A program made the position numbers and the translations under genes. This document shows positions 1 to 14,107 of a stretch of 64,000 bases of DNA, one piece after another. A model generated the notes under the pieces. The model did not search any database, was not told the DNA's origin, and saw only the letters and a program-made list of their open reading frames with translations. The DNA is from Octopus vulgaris (lineage: Eukaryota): NCBI GenBank assembly GCA_951406725.2, contig OX597822.1, positions 33,666,001 to 33,730,000 of the forward strand. The letters run 5' to 3'. Position 1 is the stretch's first letter. Each line of letters opens with the position of its first letter.

Positions 1-902
1 GCTGCACCAGGCTCCAATCTGATCTGGCAAAGTTTCTACAGCTGGATGCCCTTCCTAATACCAACCACTACGAGAGTGTAGTCAGTGCTTTTAAATACCT
101 ATCGACCCCAATGTTTCTGCCAGCTCGCCGCCTTTTAAATACCACTGGCACAAGGGCCAGTCAGGCGGCACTGGCAACAGCCATGCTCAAATGGTGTGTT
201 TTATGTGCCACCTAGACAGGAGCCAGTCTAGCACTGACTTAGATTAATACCTCTGCTTAGATTTTAGGAACTTCACTGTTGGCCTGTGACTGAGCAGTAC
301 CTCTCCGAAGACATTAAGCCTTTTCTAAAACCATTACCTGGTTTAACACCTTTACCTAAAGCTCAGATGACTACAGTGGAGTCCATTTTGTTATAAGTAT
401 TCAAACAAAGTTTCTGGTGTATGAAAACCTGATGCTTCTGCTGCACCATTTATCATTGCACCAACTTAAATGGTGTTGCTTTTCCTCTGCTACCTCTTTA
501 ATACAGCACAAAAGCTAGCAATAAAGCTAGTATTATTAGGGCAGTGTGTGAACTTCATAACCATAAAGTTAAATTTAACATTGCTACATGCCATAAATAT
601 AAAAATATAATATATACATACATATGTGTGTGCTTGTTTGTGTGTGTGTGTAATAATTTCATAAAAGTTCACTCCTTCAAATATAAGTTATTAGATATAT
701 TTTCTACAATAAAGTATACACATACATGTCTATACACACACACATGCACACACACACACACCCCCCACACACACACATACACACCACACTTACTCAAACA
801 CACACACATACATGTATATATCATCATCATCGTCACCATTATCATCATCATCATCATCATCGTCATCATTATCATCATCATCATTTTACATATACTTTCC
901 AT

Positions 903-1336
903 TATTTAGCCAGAGGGGAAGCAGATAAGAAAATAATTGCCAATGTTCTGCACCGTGAGGACCAAAGACTTGAAGTATTTCGTGTTGCAAGACAGTGTGT
1001 GAGAGAGAATCGTGCTGTTGTAGGAGAGAAATGTGTCTGCATGGATGATGGTTCACTTGCACTAAACGAGGCTGCAAAGAGAGAGGTTTGGAGATGCCAC
1101 TATGAAAGGTTGCTCAATAAAGAGAATGAATGGGAGTAAGAGAGTCTGCCGAATGTTGACCCAACAGAGGGACCAGTTATCCGAATTCACAGTATCTTGG
1201 TAGATAAAGCAATTAAGAGTATGAAGACAGAAAATCTCCGGCCCATCTGGTATCACAGCAGAGATGCTCAAAATATCTGGCAGTGTCGGCTACAGCCGAG
1301 TCACCCGTATAGTTAACCAGGTGATAAATGAGGGCA
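903..1336 (+). mobile_element. RTE-clade LINE ORF2 fragment (EN-RT linker), decayed
   Basis: VFRVARQCVRENRAVVGEKCV..DG.LAL..AKREVWRCHYERLLNKENEWE*..V.GP.I.I....V.KAIK.MK....GITAEMLK is typical of the RTE region just before the RT domain. It contains a stop and a frameshift. Confidence 0.8.
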
Positions 1337-1379
1337 TATGGCGTAGTGGTTAAATATAGAACAGTTAAATATAGAACAG

Positions 1380-1609
1380 CGGCGAGCTGGCAGAAACGTT
1401 AGCACGCTGGGCGAAATGCTTAGCGGTATTTCGTCTGCGTTACGTTGTGAGTTCAAATTCCGCCAAGGTCGACTTTGCCTTTCATCTTTTCGGGGTCGAT
1501 AAATTAAGTACCAGTTACACACTGGGGTCGATGTAATCGACTTAATACCTATGTCTGTCCTTGTTTGCCCCCTCTGTGTTTAGCCCCTTGTGGGTAATAA
1601 AGAAATAGG
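1380..1609 (+). mobile_element. SINE family A (~235 bp) with TSD
   Basis: GGCGAGCTGGCAGAA..GAGTTCAAATTCC (A/B-box-like)..GCCTTTCATC..GGGGTCGATAAAT..AAGAAATAGG, flanked by the direct repeat GTTAAATATAGAACAG. Confidence 0.85.
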
Positions 1610-1913
1610 TTAAATATAGAACAGTAAGACCCATCAGTCCATGTAAAACTGCAGTCATGGCAGATACTGGTGTCATGCAAATGGCACCTGTGCCAGTGGC
1701 ACGTAAAAGCACCCATTACACTCTCAGAGCGGTTGGCATTAAGAAGGGCATCCAGCCATAGAAACCATGCCAAAACAGACTAGAGTCTGATGCAGCCTTC
1801 CAGCTTGCCAGCCCCCCGTCAAACCGTCCAACCCATGCCAGCATGGACAACAGACGTTAACTGATAATGATGATGATGATGATGATAAATATATATACAT
1901 ACACACACATTGT

Positions 1914-2190
1914 GACAGCCTATAGCTTAGTGGTTAGGGTGTTGCACACACAACTGAAACATCGTGGGTTCGATCCCCAGACCAGATGTTGTGTTGTGTT
2001 CTTGAACAAAGCACTTCATTTCACATTGCTCTGCAATCATTTCGTCATCTGCCATGTGGCATACAGTGCACCTGTACAGATAATGTCGATTTAAAGGAGG
2101 GAGTGAGCGTATGTGTACACAAACATTTGATCCCTATAAACAAATTATCTGTGCGCTTGTTCAGCAAGAAATTGCCAAACTCTCTCAAAT
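1914..2190 (+). mobile_element. tRNA-derived SINE (family E)
   Basis: A box TAGCTTAGTGG and B box GGTTCGATCCC; a homologous reverse copy lies at about 63420-63693. Confidence 0.7.
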
Positions 2191-2319
2191 GTTGTCTAAG
2201 AATGGGAGAGTCCATGACAGACAGACATATATATTTATTTATTTACATATATATTTATTTATTTATTTATTTAAGAACGGGAGAGTCCATGACAGACAGA
2301 CAAATATGTCTATTTATTT

Positions 2320-2516
2320 ACGTGCCGATGGTACATAAAAAGCACCCTCTACACTCACAGAGTGGTTGGCGTTAGGAAGGGCATCCAGTCGTAGAAACAT
2401 TGCCAGATCAGACTGGGCCTGGTGCAGCCTTCTGGCTTCCCACACGCCAGTTGAACCATCCAACCCATGCTAGCATGGAAAGCGGACGCTAAACGATGAT
2501 GATGATGATGATGATG
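2320..2516 (+). mobile_element. Family C retroelement 3' end with (GAT)n tail (RTE-type tail)
   Basis: GTGGTTGGCGTTAGGAAGGGCATCCAG..CCAACCCATGCTAGCATGGAAAGCGGACG.TAAACGATGATGAT. Related copies lie at about 1-240 (-), 1640-1885 (+), 7472-7552 (+), 13460-13830 (-), 21580-21740 (-), 27770-27980 (+), 29315-29565 (-), 37545-37700 (+) and 50410-50610 (-). Confidence 0.8.
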
Positions 2517-4179
2517 TAGTACGCTGAAACTTCGAAGTCACTGTCACCCTCTTGTAAAAGTCTAACAAACAAGTACTTTACTGAAAAGTAGTGAAAAATT
2601 ATCCAGTTTATGGTTAAATTGTTTTTAAATATAACTTGACATAAAAACAAATATTAACATAATACATATAGAGTATATTTATACACTCATTCATACATTC
2701 ATACATACATGAAGACACACAAACACACACATTTATAATGAAAGAAGAGTTGTTATCCAAGACCAACAACAAAATGAAATTGAAAAGATAACAAAAAAGA
2801 AAAAGAAAAAAGAAAAACACTTCAACTGCTTTCTTTGGAGAATGTAGGTTAAGAAAGTCATTAAAATATTTCTAACATCATTGGAATCTCTCCTCAATTG
2901 CACTTCAGATAATTTTAATGATCAATTTCAAAGGTGAGGTAAGTCTATGTGGGAATATAATGTCATCAATGTGATCATTATCAGTGAAATTCTTCAACAT
3001 GACAATCGTGCAAGTTTTTATTTCTTTATCATTTATTTTTCCTTTAAAATTAAATGGCCTGCCTTGTATATATTATACTGCAACGGGAGGTCATGAGTTG
3101 AGAGAAGGGACAGGAAGGAGAATGAGATTCTGTGACTTCAATGATGTGTGTTTCTTAATCAAGTGCCATTAACGAGGAGAAAGGAGTGTAGTGAGGTGAA
3201 CTGGTTTCTGAACCTGATATCAAAACTGGGTCATGAACAAAGCTAACAAAGGAGTGGGCCTTTACAAACTATGCTGGTGATTCTGTGTAGTCATTAACCC
3301 ACTCTGGTTGATTCTAATCTCAAACCACACCCTACTGTCTTAAAATAAAAGGAAGGGGTAATGGAGTGTCCCTGGAGTGTCCTATGTCTGAAAATAAGAG
3401 ACGCTCAGATAGGCATGGCTTGAGTAGTTTCTTCTTTCAGAGCTGATAAGGGGGTTAAATAACAATGTTAACAACAACAACTCTGTAACTAATTCCTCTT
3501 ACATCCGTTTGCACACCAGCTGACATTTAATAGTCTTCTATGTGTTTCATTCATTTGACTGCGGCCATGCTGGAGCACCACCTTAAAGGTTGTTAGTCGA
3601 AGAAATCAATCCCAGACCTTATTTTTTGTAAGACCAAGTGCTTATTCCATCAGTTATTTTTGTTGGGAACATAAACACACCAGCATCGGTTGTCAAGCAA
3701 TGTCAAGCTGGGGGGGGGACAAACACGAATACACACACACATACATACACATACATACATACACATACATACATACACATACATACATACACACACAAAC
3801 AACACACATACATACACATACAAACAAATTAACCTCAGTACTTAATATTTCAAAGTTCAGTATTTGTTTTATGGTTTCTTTTGCTGAACCTTTAATTTTA
3901 TATTTAATTCTTCACCATGTTCCCACCCTGTCTTTTTCTAGTTGTTATTTAGCCCCAAGTAAGTCATCTTTGATCAAGCACATCAACAACAAAAAGCAAT
4001 CAAGTCAAGACCTTTCTGACTTCATTTAGTCTTTCAAGCACAAAAGTAACTCCAAGTTGCATTTCGTTTTAACACAGTAGGATGTAAGCTGGCAGAAATT
4101 TGCTTGCTGTTTCTAGCATTCCTGGGAAGCCACATAGAGGTAACTCTATTTCGCTCAGTTTCCCAACTTGTACATGAAT

Positions 4180-4577
4180 ACCTATTTCTTTACTGCCCGC
4201 AATGGGCTAAACACAGAGAGGACAAACAAGTACAGAAAAAGGGTTTCAGTCGAATACATCGACGCCATTGCGTAACTGGCACTTAATTTATCGACCCCGA
4301 AAGGATGAAAAGCAAAGTCGACCGCAGCGGAATTTGAACTCAGAATGTAAAGACAGACGAAATACCTATTTCTTTACTACCCACAAGGGGCTAAACACAG
4401 AGAGAACAAACAAGGACAGACAAACGGATTAAGTCGATGATGTCAACCCCAGTGCGTAACTGGTATTTATTTAATTGACCCCGAAAGGATGAAAGGCAAA
4501 GTCGACCTCGGCGGAATTTGAACTCAGAACGTAGCGGCAGACGAAATACTGCTAAGCATTTCTGCCAGCTCGCCGCC
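4180..4577 (-). mobile_element. SINE family A, tandem dimer
   Basis: Two overlapping copies of the family A consensus; flanking direct repeat ATGAATACC. Confidence 0.85.
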
Positions 4578-4929
4578 AATATGAATACCACACATGGAGT
4601 GGCAATACCAAGCTCATAAATCATAATAGTGCCTTAATTGTAGATAATTAATGTCTTTTATAGTAATCTAACCATATACAACAACGCTAAGTAATTAGAA
4701 CTGTTAAATATGTCCTGAACAATGTATAAAATTCAAGTGGTAAAAATACTGAGAGAGAAACAATAAGAATGGCCAAAACGAGGAAATGGCAGGCACGACT
4801 GCTTTATTATCTTCTTTCCAAAAATAGATGTTTATAAGTGTGTGTGTGTGTGTGTGTGTGTAGTTAAACAACTAAATATGTAGGAAACAAAATACGGATA
4901 TGTATACATACATATATATATATATATAA

Positions 4930-5201
4930 CAATTGCAGTGTGGCAGGTGTTTATAAGCCATTTAAAAACACACAAAAACTGTTAGATTCACTTCAATATT
5001 TAAATTTAAATTGCCAAAATATTTTCGTCGTTTTGAGACCACTGACAAAATTCCATGCTGCAAATTAAATTTAAATGTTGAAGTGAATCTAATGCTTTTT
5101 GTGTGTTTTTAAATGGCTTATAAACACCTTCCATGCTGCAATTGTTTTTGTTCCAGCACACGATCTCAGATCAGGTTACTTGCTATGCAAGTACATCTCC
5201 G

Positions 5202-5203
<2 letters not shown>
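4930..5203. mobile_element. (TA)n-flanked fold-back element, second copy of the 38.4-kb family
   Basis: Arms 4931-5014 and 5060-5144 are inverted. The tail (CACGATCTCAGATCAGGTTACTTGCTATGCAAGTACATCTC) is the reverse complement of about 38417-38460. Confidence 0.7.
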
Positions 5204-5241
<38 letters not shown>

Positions 5242-5246
<5 letters not shown>

Positions 5247-6540
5247 GTTGGCAAGAAAGTAATTTCATTTTTCACAAATAGAAAGAGTTATGATTTTTTT
5301 TAATGACTTTTGTCAATGTTATGATCTTTTCCTATTGACATTTGACAGCCATTTCTTTTAGCTTACTTTAGAAGTATATTGCACATAATTTTGTTTACAG
5401 CTGTTAGTTCAGTGTCAATTTTAACATGGAGTGCAAAAAGAAACATTTTTGCCATATTTTGTTATTTTTTATTTCCCTAAGGGCAAGAAAGTGCTGAGGC
5501 TCACAAAGAGATATGTAAAGCTTATGGTGTTGATTGCTTAACAGAACTCTCATGTCAGAAATGGTGTAAAAAATTCCCTTCTGGAGATTTTTCTCTCAAA
5601 GATGACCAACGTCATGGTTGACTTACTGTAGTTGATGATGGTCATAGGATCGCGGTTTCGATTCCCAGACCGGGCGTTGTTAGTGTTTATTGAGCGAAAA
5701 CACTTAAAAGCTCCACGAGGCTCCGGCAGGGATGGTGGTGATCCCTGTTGTACTCTTTCACCACAACTTTCTCTCACTCTTACTTCCTGTTTCTGTTGTA
5801 CCTGTATTTCAAAGGGCCGGCCTTGTCACTCTCTGTGTCACGCTGAATATCCCCGAGAAATACGTTCAAAGGGTACACGTGTCTGTGGAGTGCTCAGCCA
5901 CTTACACGTTAATTTCACGAGCAGGCTGTTCAACTAATGTTGATCGGATCCACTGGAACCCCGTTGTCGTAACCGACGGAGTACTTCCATCCAAGGGCAA
6001 GAAAGCTGCTGAGGCTCACAGAGTTATGTAAAGCTTATGGTGTTGATTGCTTAACAGAACTCTCATGTCAGAAATGGTGTAAAAAATTCCGTTCTGAGAT
6101 TTTTTCACTCAAAGATGACCAATGTCATGGTTGACTTACTGTAGTTGATGATGACCAAATCAAAGCCATAATTGAATCCGATTGTCATATAACTGAGCAA
6201 GAGATTGCAGAGAGGTTAAATGTATCACATACAACAATTGAAAATCGCTTAAAATGTCTTGGACTAACCCAATATACATGTGTGTGTGTGTGTGTGTGCG
6301 TCCACATACATTCATATAGATTACATAACACAACAATATCAATATTTGTGATATGCATTTAATAATTGCAATATTATTATATTTTTTTCAAACGTAAATC
6401 ATCAATAGTGATGTAAAAAGGATTGTCTATATATAATATCATATCAATAACGATCATGGTCCAAGCGTAATGAACCAACACAAACCACATAAGGAAAACT
6501 GAATTGCATCAAAAAAAGGTCATGCTGTCAATTTGGTAGC
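5242..6540 (+). mobile_element. Decayed mariner element, interrupted by a SINE and containing an internal duplication
   Basis: Starts with a TA+TTGGGTTGGC TIR. Transposase start at 5426 (MECKKKHFCHILLF..HTH region) with frameshifts. A TIR-like AACCCAATA lies at about 6266-6274, followed by further catalytic-region remnants. Confidence 0.75.
5641..5992 (+). mobile_element. 5'-truncated tRNA-derived SINE (family D) inserted in the mariner
   Basis: B-box-like GGTTTCGATTCCC. It shares AAACAC.TAA.GCTC.ACG.GGCTCCGGCAG..CCACAACTTTCTCTCACTCT with the element at 12887-13180. Confidence 0.7.
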
Positions 6541-6597
6541 CACTAACCCTAAATCTGATTTTTCCCTGTAATTTTGGATTCATTCCCTAATATTTAT

Positions 6598-6637
<40 letters not shown>

Positions 6638-7627
6638 CATATTCTGTATAATTCATTAGTTATCGTTATAGATATTTAAGATCTCCCTTACAGGGCTGAT
6701 CGAAATGGCCGCCGATTCTTCGCGGGGTGGCCACTTTCTCTCTTCTCTTCCCTTCTCTCCCCCCCTCTTTTACATTGTCTGGACTCTCTCTTCCTACTCC
6801 TCTCCATGGCTATGCATACTTAAGCTAGTAACCTGCCTCATTCTTGATTTCGAATTCCTTTTGCCAAGTCTGTCCGTAAACGAAGTGATCCCAAGATAAG
6901 AAATCTTTGAACTTTAATTCATCCCGTATCTCTACCAGTAATATTTTTCATGCAAAATTGTCTGACCTCTAGTTGTTAATCGGTTAATTACTCATCATTA
7001 TGTGCTGATAATTTCTCTATTTCTCCACCGTCCCCCCTAAATATCCCTTTATTATTATGTGCTGCGATAATTTTGCCCGTCCAAGTCATCGCTCTCTCCC
7101 CTATCAACCTTCGCGTATTCGCGGCGCGCCCGCCCTACCCACTCCCACCACCAATACCGGATATCTCTATTTTGCTCCATCTATACCGGATGTCGTTTCT
7201 CCCACCACCATTATAGGTGTCTACTCTTTGAAGAAATCAATACGCTATTTCACCAAAATGCAAAATTACTTCCTTGCTATATCCTACGTTCTACTTGTGA
7301 ACCTGTCATGTTTCTCTGAACCACCCTCCACATACATTCCCCATATATTTCATGCACCCCCATACACATATAATTAATATAACAGAAGCAGTATAAATGC
7401 ATATATAATATGTTATTACAAATATTATATATATATATTGGTAAAACGGTAAGATAACAAAAGAAAGAGCTCCCCAGACCCCGGTCGAAACCGTCCAACC
7501 CGTGCTAGCGCGGAAAACGGACGTTAAACGATGATGATGATGATGATGATGATTACTGCAATCGGCCCAGCAACATCATTTTTGTACCAAGGAGAAATGC
7601 CCTTGTTTTATTTAAAAACAACAGCCA

Positions 7628-7673
<46 letters not shown>

Positions 7674-7993
7674 CTATCTATCCTCCCTCTCTCTCTGTCT
7701 ATCTATTCCCTCCTCTTTCTCTCTCCCCTTGACTCTCAGTAAAATAAGTTTAACTGAGTTCAAAGTGTCCTTTTCTAGGATGCTAAAATGTGATCTGAGA
7801 AAGATCACCAATCACCGCAATCGGCCCAGCACCAGATTAGAAGCGTGTTCAAATATGAACAAAGAAGCATGACTTCTTCTCTCTCTTTCACTATATATAC
7901 TCGTATATTCAATTTTGGGGGATTAATTGATATGCAAGTATTCTATTTCAGATAATACAAAAATAACCTAACAAGTATATCTGACAGTAAACT

Positions 7994-8101
7994 CATGGTA
8001 TCAATTTGCACATCATGAAATAATACTCAGAGGATATAACCAAAATTAATTTTGGTTATACCCTTTAAGTATTATTTCGTGATGTGCAAACTGATACCAT
8101 G
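7994..8101. repeat. Spacerless 108-bp palindrome
   Basis: CATGGTATCAATTTGCACATCATGAAATAATACT...ATAACCAAAATT|AATTTTGGTTAT...AGTATTATTTCGTGATGTGCAAACTGATACCATG, with few mismatches. Confidence 0.85.
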
Positions 8102-8764
8102 TAATTTTATATTTAGTAAAATGAAGTACTGAACCCCTAACCCCTGAATCAAATAACCACATAATTTTATTTCTAAAAGCACTTGAATAGACTATATAAA
8201 TAACTGAAAATAGATAATAATACAATAATTTAAATATTACTAAAATTATATAATAACAAATTATATATACCTCCCAATACAGGAAAATTTGAAAATAATA
8301 ATGGACAATAATTTAAAATTAAAACTATGTATAGTATAATTATCCCTCTTGGTACTATTCACCTATAAATACCCATAGTTCCCTGCTATCTTATTCCTCC
8401 ATCTTAGTACCAGCAAAAAGAAGGAAGATATGTATTTGAATTTTTCTTGTTATATATCACATTTAAACACAGACATTTTTATTCTGATGTTTAATCTTAT
8501 ATCTCACATTCTGTATTTGACATAAACTTCATTTTACATGATTGATATATATACTAATTCATATTTATAATGTAATATTTATAAATTTTAATTCTTAATA
8601 TTACAAAGTATAATTTTTATTCTTAATCTTTAATATTTAATGCTTAATTGTATTGCTTATTTTTAAAGGGATGTAAAATTAGATATATAATATTTTGAAA
8701 TAGAACCTGAAGATGTGTTGGAATAATTGTAAATCTGACGATTGCATATATGTATTTATATATG

Positions 8765-8799
<35 letters not shown>

Positions 8800-8952
8800 C
8801 CAAAATTGCAAGGATAATCTGGTTCTTAACTGAAGATAGAAAACTTCAAATGACCTGTCCTTGTTTTCTTTGTATCGTCTATCTGGCTGTTTTGTTGTCC
8901 CTTTTTGTATCACCTAGTTGTCCGGATGTTTTGCGTTCTTGTCCCATTTTGT

Positions 8953-8998
<46 letters not shown>

Positions 8999-9276
8999 AC
9001 ATACATATACTTTGTTCTATATATATATATATAAACACGGAGTAGATGAAACAGAGGCAGCTGAAGAAGGGCAATTTTCCTGATGTCGTATGTCTTGTAC
9101 TCTATTTTTTCGTTGTTTATGAGAGGTGTCTATTTCCTTGGTTTCCTGTACCCATATATGCATGTATATATACATATAGATATAGGTACGTACATATATG
9201 TATGTATATATGCATATGTTTTATTTATTAATTTGTTATTATATGATGGAACGCATGCATCCATTTCTAAGTAAGT

Positions 9277-9359
<83 letters not shown>

Positions 9360-9638
9360 TAAACGTGTTCACTCAACCATGTCCACCTCCTTTTTAGGCA
9401 GAAAACATACTGTCATGTGACACTAACACATGGACATAGCACGAAATGTACAAAAGGTTATGAATTTAATCATGTGTTCCTTCTCTACAAACACTTGACA
9501 GAAAGCATTCAAAGCATTGATTGTTGGGGCATGTTCAGTCAACCATGTCAGCCTTAACTTATGGCGCCAATCATGGTGCATGTGCGATCATTTTCTTTAC
9601 CTGATGGACATTTGCTGGGCTCCGTATGGCTCTGGTCC

Positions 9639-9680
<42 letters not shown>

Positions 9681-10198
9681 CGATTCGATTTATTATTATT
9701 ATTACTAGTATTGTTGTTATACATACATACATACATACATACATACATACATACATACATACATACATACAAGCATATGTATTGATAATAATAAGTGGAT
9801 GTAAACACATGAACAAAATAAGAATAAACAAAAACAACAACAAAAACAAAATACAAATTACATGAACGTATATAAACAGAAGATACAAATATTACAGGCA
9901 TCCCCCACATACACACACTAAATAAACATAGACGCACATAGAGATATAAGCATGCGCAAATGAAAACATACAATAGAAATACAAAATGGCTGACAGTTAG
10001 TAAGGAGAGACACAAATAAGAAAGAAGAAAACAAAGGACCACTGCTTGCGGTCACAGGAGTGTGACGAAAGAACTCTGGCCAAAATAAGATTAAGCCATT
10101 AATGTAAAAAATAAATAACACTGAAGCAAAATAACACGCAAATATATAGAGCATGTGTTTTTATTGGCAACATCTGCAATATGACCATTCCGAAATAT

Positions 10199-10247
<49 letters not shown>

Positions 10248-10264
10248 TCTATATTTATACATAT

Positions 10265-10442
10265 AGACAGTTGCATACAGAAATGCCAATCACTTACAGT
10301 GGATAGAATTTGTGGAAAAGGGAGATCCAGGAAAACATGGGACACAATATTGAGGGCCAGTCTCAAGACACTGTGTCTTACAAGGAAATAACTAAGAACC
10401 AAGATATCTGGTGCATTGCTGCACTCAAGAAGCCCATCCACC
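10265..10442 (+). mobile_element. RTE LINE C-terminal ORF remnant
   Basis: Translates ..KCQSLTVDRICGKGRSRKTWD.., resembling the GRGRPRKTW motif at the RTE ORF end. Confidence 0.55.
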
Positions 10443-10846
10443 ACAGACAGAACTGAAACCGGTGTTGCTGTCGCATAAAATGTGATGAGAAGCTTGCTTC
10501 CCAACCACATGATTTCAAGTTCAATCCCACTGCATGGCACCTTGGGCAAATGTCCTCTGCTATAGCCTCAGGCGGACTGAAGCTTTATGAGTAGATTTGG
10601 CCGATGGAAATTGAAAGAAGCCTATCGTATATGTGTGTGCGTGCATGCATGTGTGTGTGTGTCATTGTGTCTGTTTGTCCCTCCACCACTGCTTGACAAC
10701 TGGAGTTCATGTATTAAGCTTAAAAATATAAGTCCTGGGGTGGATTTGTTCAACTAAAGGCGGTGCTCCAGCATGGCTGCAGTCAAATGACTGACACAAA
10801 TAAAAGAAAACAAATAAAAGAATATATATATATATGTCTATATATA

Positions 10847-12116
10847 CCAGGTCATTCCATAAGTTCTGTCTGATTTTACCTTTTTTAAAATTGAATGAAA
10901 TTTAATAGTATTTTAGAATGTGTAATGGAATTAAAAATTATTTTCATGCATTAGTGTACATTTAAACTAATCAAATATTATTTTACAGAATAATAGAATT
11001 AAAATTTCTTTGATTAAAACCCTTCCTAACATGGAAGTATCCAAAGAGCATTTGAGGCACATAATGCTTTATGAGTACAAAAAATGGAAACTCTGCAGCT
11101 GAAGCAACTTGAAACATACACTCAGTTTATGGGAAAGAATGCTTGAATAAAAGAACTTGCAGAAGATGGTTTGCAAAATTCAGAAGTGGAGATTTCACCC
11201 TTGAAGATGATGATCGAACAGGACGTCCAGTTGAGTTTGATGATAAGCTCCTTGAGGCATTACTTGAAGAAAATCCTGTATGATCAAATGAAGGATTGGC
11301 AATAAAGCTTAGTTCAAACCATACAACTGTTCATCATCATCTTCAACAGCTTGGAAGGGTTCCTAAACTTGGAAAATGATGCCTCGCGAATTGTCCGAAA
11401 ACAACTGCAAATCCCGAGTTGACATCTGCTTTTCTCTCCATTCTCACGAACTCATTTCACCCTTTTTGGATAGACTTGTGACTGGTGATGAAAAATGGAT
11501 CTTCTATCGAAATGTTAAATGTCGTAAACAGTGGCTTAGTAAAAGGGAAAAAACTCAACCACAACCAAGAAGGAAACTTCATGGGAAAAAGATTTCTCTC
11601 TCTATCTGGTAGGATTGCAAAAGAGTATTTCACTTTGAATTGTCACTAATGCAGCAATAAATGCTCAAGTCTACTGTCAGAAATTAGAGCATTTGAACCA
11701 AGCTTTGAAGAAAAAAAGACCCACTTTAGTGAATCGAAAAGGAGTGTTGTTTCATCAGGACAATGCGCAACCCCACACTGCAAAAATGAAATCACAGTAG
11801 ATAGAAGAGCTTGATTGGGAAAAAATTCCTAATCCACCTTATTCTCCCGACCTTGCTCCTTCAGACTACCATTTGTTTCGTAGTTTACAGAATCATTTGG
11901 GGGACATAACTTTTGCAAACCAGGAGTAGGTCAAAACTGACATTTCAGAGTTTTTCGCTTTGAAACCAAGAGTTTTACATTGATGGGATTAAAAAGCTTG
12001 TAAATAGATGGAAGGAAGTCATAAATAATCAGGGAAAATATATTGAGGATTAAATTTCAATTAAATATAACATTTGACCACTTGTTTTCTTTATTCAAAA
12101 TCCAGACAGGGCTTAT

Positions 12117-12120
<4 letters not shown>
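10847..12120 (+). mobile_element. Full-length, inactive mariner (DD34D) transposon
   Basis: Imperfect TIRs (CCATAAGTTCTGTCTGATTTT / AAAATCCAGACAGGGCTTATGG). Transposase runs from 11031 with LVTGDEKWIFY, FHQDNAQPH and PYSPDLAPSDYHLF, and has several stops and frameshifts. Confidence 0.92.
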
Positions 12121-12164
<44 letters not shown>

Positions 12165-12459
12165 TTTTATCCTGCTTTTTTGCTTCAGTTACAGAAGTGT
12201 ACCATGGTGTGGTACGCAGTTTGCTTCCATCAACTAATTTGACTAAGAAGGCATGGGTCAGCCTTGGGGTGCATCTACAGAAAATCGAGATCGAGTGAGC
12301 TTTTGCCCTTTTGCAAAATATATATATGTATGTATATATATATATTTTGCAAAATATATATATATATATATGTATGTATATATATATATTTTATATATAT
12401 ATATATGTATGTATATATATATATATATATGTATATATTAAAATATATATATATATATG

Positions 12460-12512
<53 letters not shown>

Positions 12513-13170
12513 ATGTATATATATTGTATATCAAATATCAAAATGTTTATATACATTGGTTTACTTTCAGCATATTTAGATGTACACACAATCTAATTAA
12601 CTCTATCTAAATATATTAAGTGGTTTTGTGTCATTAACATTCCTAAAGTAATAAGATATATTGTAGATATTACATATAGATTTCATTTCATATATCTGTA
12701 TTTATGCATGTGCAGGTGTGTGTGTGTGTGTGTGTATGTGTATCTATATAAACATATATATATATGTATATATGCATGAATATATATCCATTTATATTAC
12801 ACACACACACATATATATATACACATACATTTATACATATATACATAAATATATACAAACATATAATATATATATATATATATGTTGAGGCACATGGCCT
12901 AGTGGTTAGAGCAGTGGATCCGTGGTCGATGGATCACGGGTTCAAACCTCAGACCGTGTTTCTGAGTGAAACACCTAAGCTCGACGCGGCTCCGGCAGTA
13001 GGTAATGGCAAACCTCTGCTGACTCCTTTGCCACAACTTTCTCTCACTCTTTGATCCTGCATCTTGCAGCTCACCTGTGACGGACCGCCGTCCCATCCAG
13101 GTGGGGAACCTATACACCAAGGAAACCAGGAAACCAGCCTTATGAGCCAGGCATGGCTCAAGAAGGAACA

Positions 13171-13214
<44 letters not shown>

Positions 13215-14107
13215 ACGCATACATATACAGAATTTGTTAATGCAGATTTTCTGTGATCGAATACCCTTCACCTGTCTCCGAGTAAGGTCCCCATTACTGG
13301 AAATCAATGACATTGCTTGTATGAAGATGACACTCATTTACAATTTACAATATACCATACTATGCATTATACTTGAGCTATTGAAAAAGCAATAATAAAA
13401 GAAAGAATGCATAAACTATATTACTGAGTTTGGAGTACAAAAGATGATGTGAGTTGCATTCATCATCCTCACCATCATCATCATCATTATCTTCATCGTT
13501 TAACGTTCGCTTTCCATGCTGGGATGGGTTAGACAGTTTGACTGAGGACTGGTAAGCCAGGAAGCTGCACCAGGCTCCAGTCTAATCTGGCAATGTTTCT
13601 ACAGCTGGATGCCCTTCCTAACACCAACCACTCTGAGAGTGTATTGAGTGCCTTTTACGTGTCAGTGGCACGGGGTCCAGTCAAGCTACATTGGCATCAA
13701 CCATGCTTGAATGGTGCTTTTTACATGCCAACGGCACTGGAGCCAGTCATGCAGCACTGGCATCAACCATGCTCAAATGGTGCTTTTTACACGCCACCAG
13801 CACAGGTGCCAGTCAGGCGGCACTGGCATTATAGTTGAGATTACATTGTACTGAAATTACCATCATCATTATCATTTAACATCTGTTTTCCTATGATGTC
13901 ATGAGTTGAACTGTTTGACAGGAGGTGGCCAGCCAAAGATTTGCCCACACTCAAATTGTCTGTCTTGGAGTGGTTTCTATGGGTGAATACCTTTGCTACT
14001 GCTAACCACTTTACAGTGTACTGGGTGCTTATTAAGTGGCACGAGTACAGACTTATGTAACACTGGCATGAGTGCTTTTATGCAGCACCAGTATGGGGAA
14101 ATGTATA

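Noticed and set aside
2930-2946. Strong + strand donor AGGTGAGGTAAGT suggesting an antisense exon
   Set aside because: No supporting ORF, acceptor or partner exon; expected by chance in 64 kb.
12887-12960. Functional tRNA genes (also at about 1914, 53260 and 63620)
   Set aside because: A and B boxes are present, but the cloverleaf stems are degenerate and run straight into SINE bodies.
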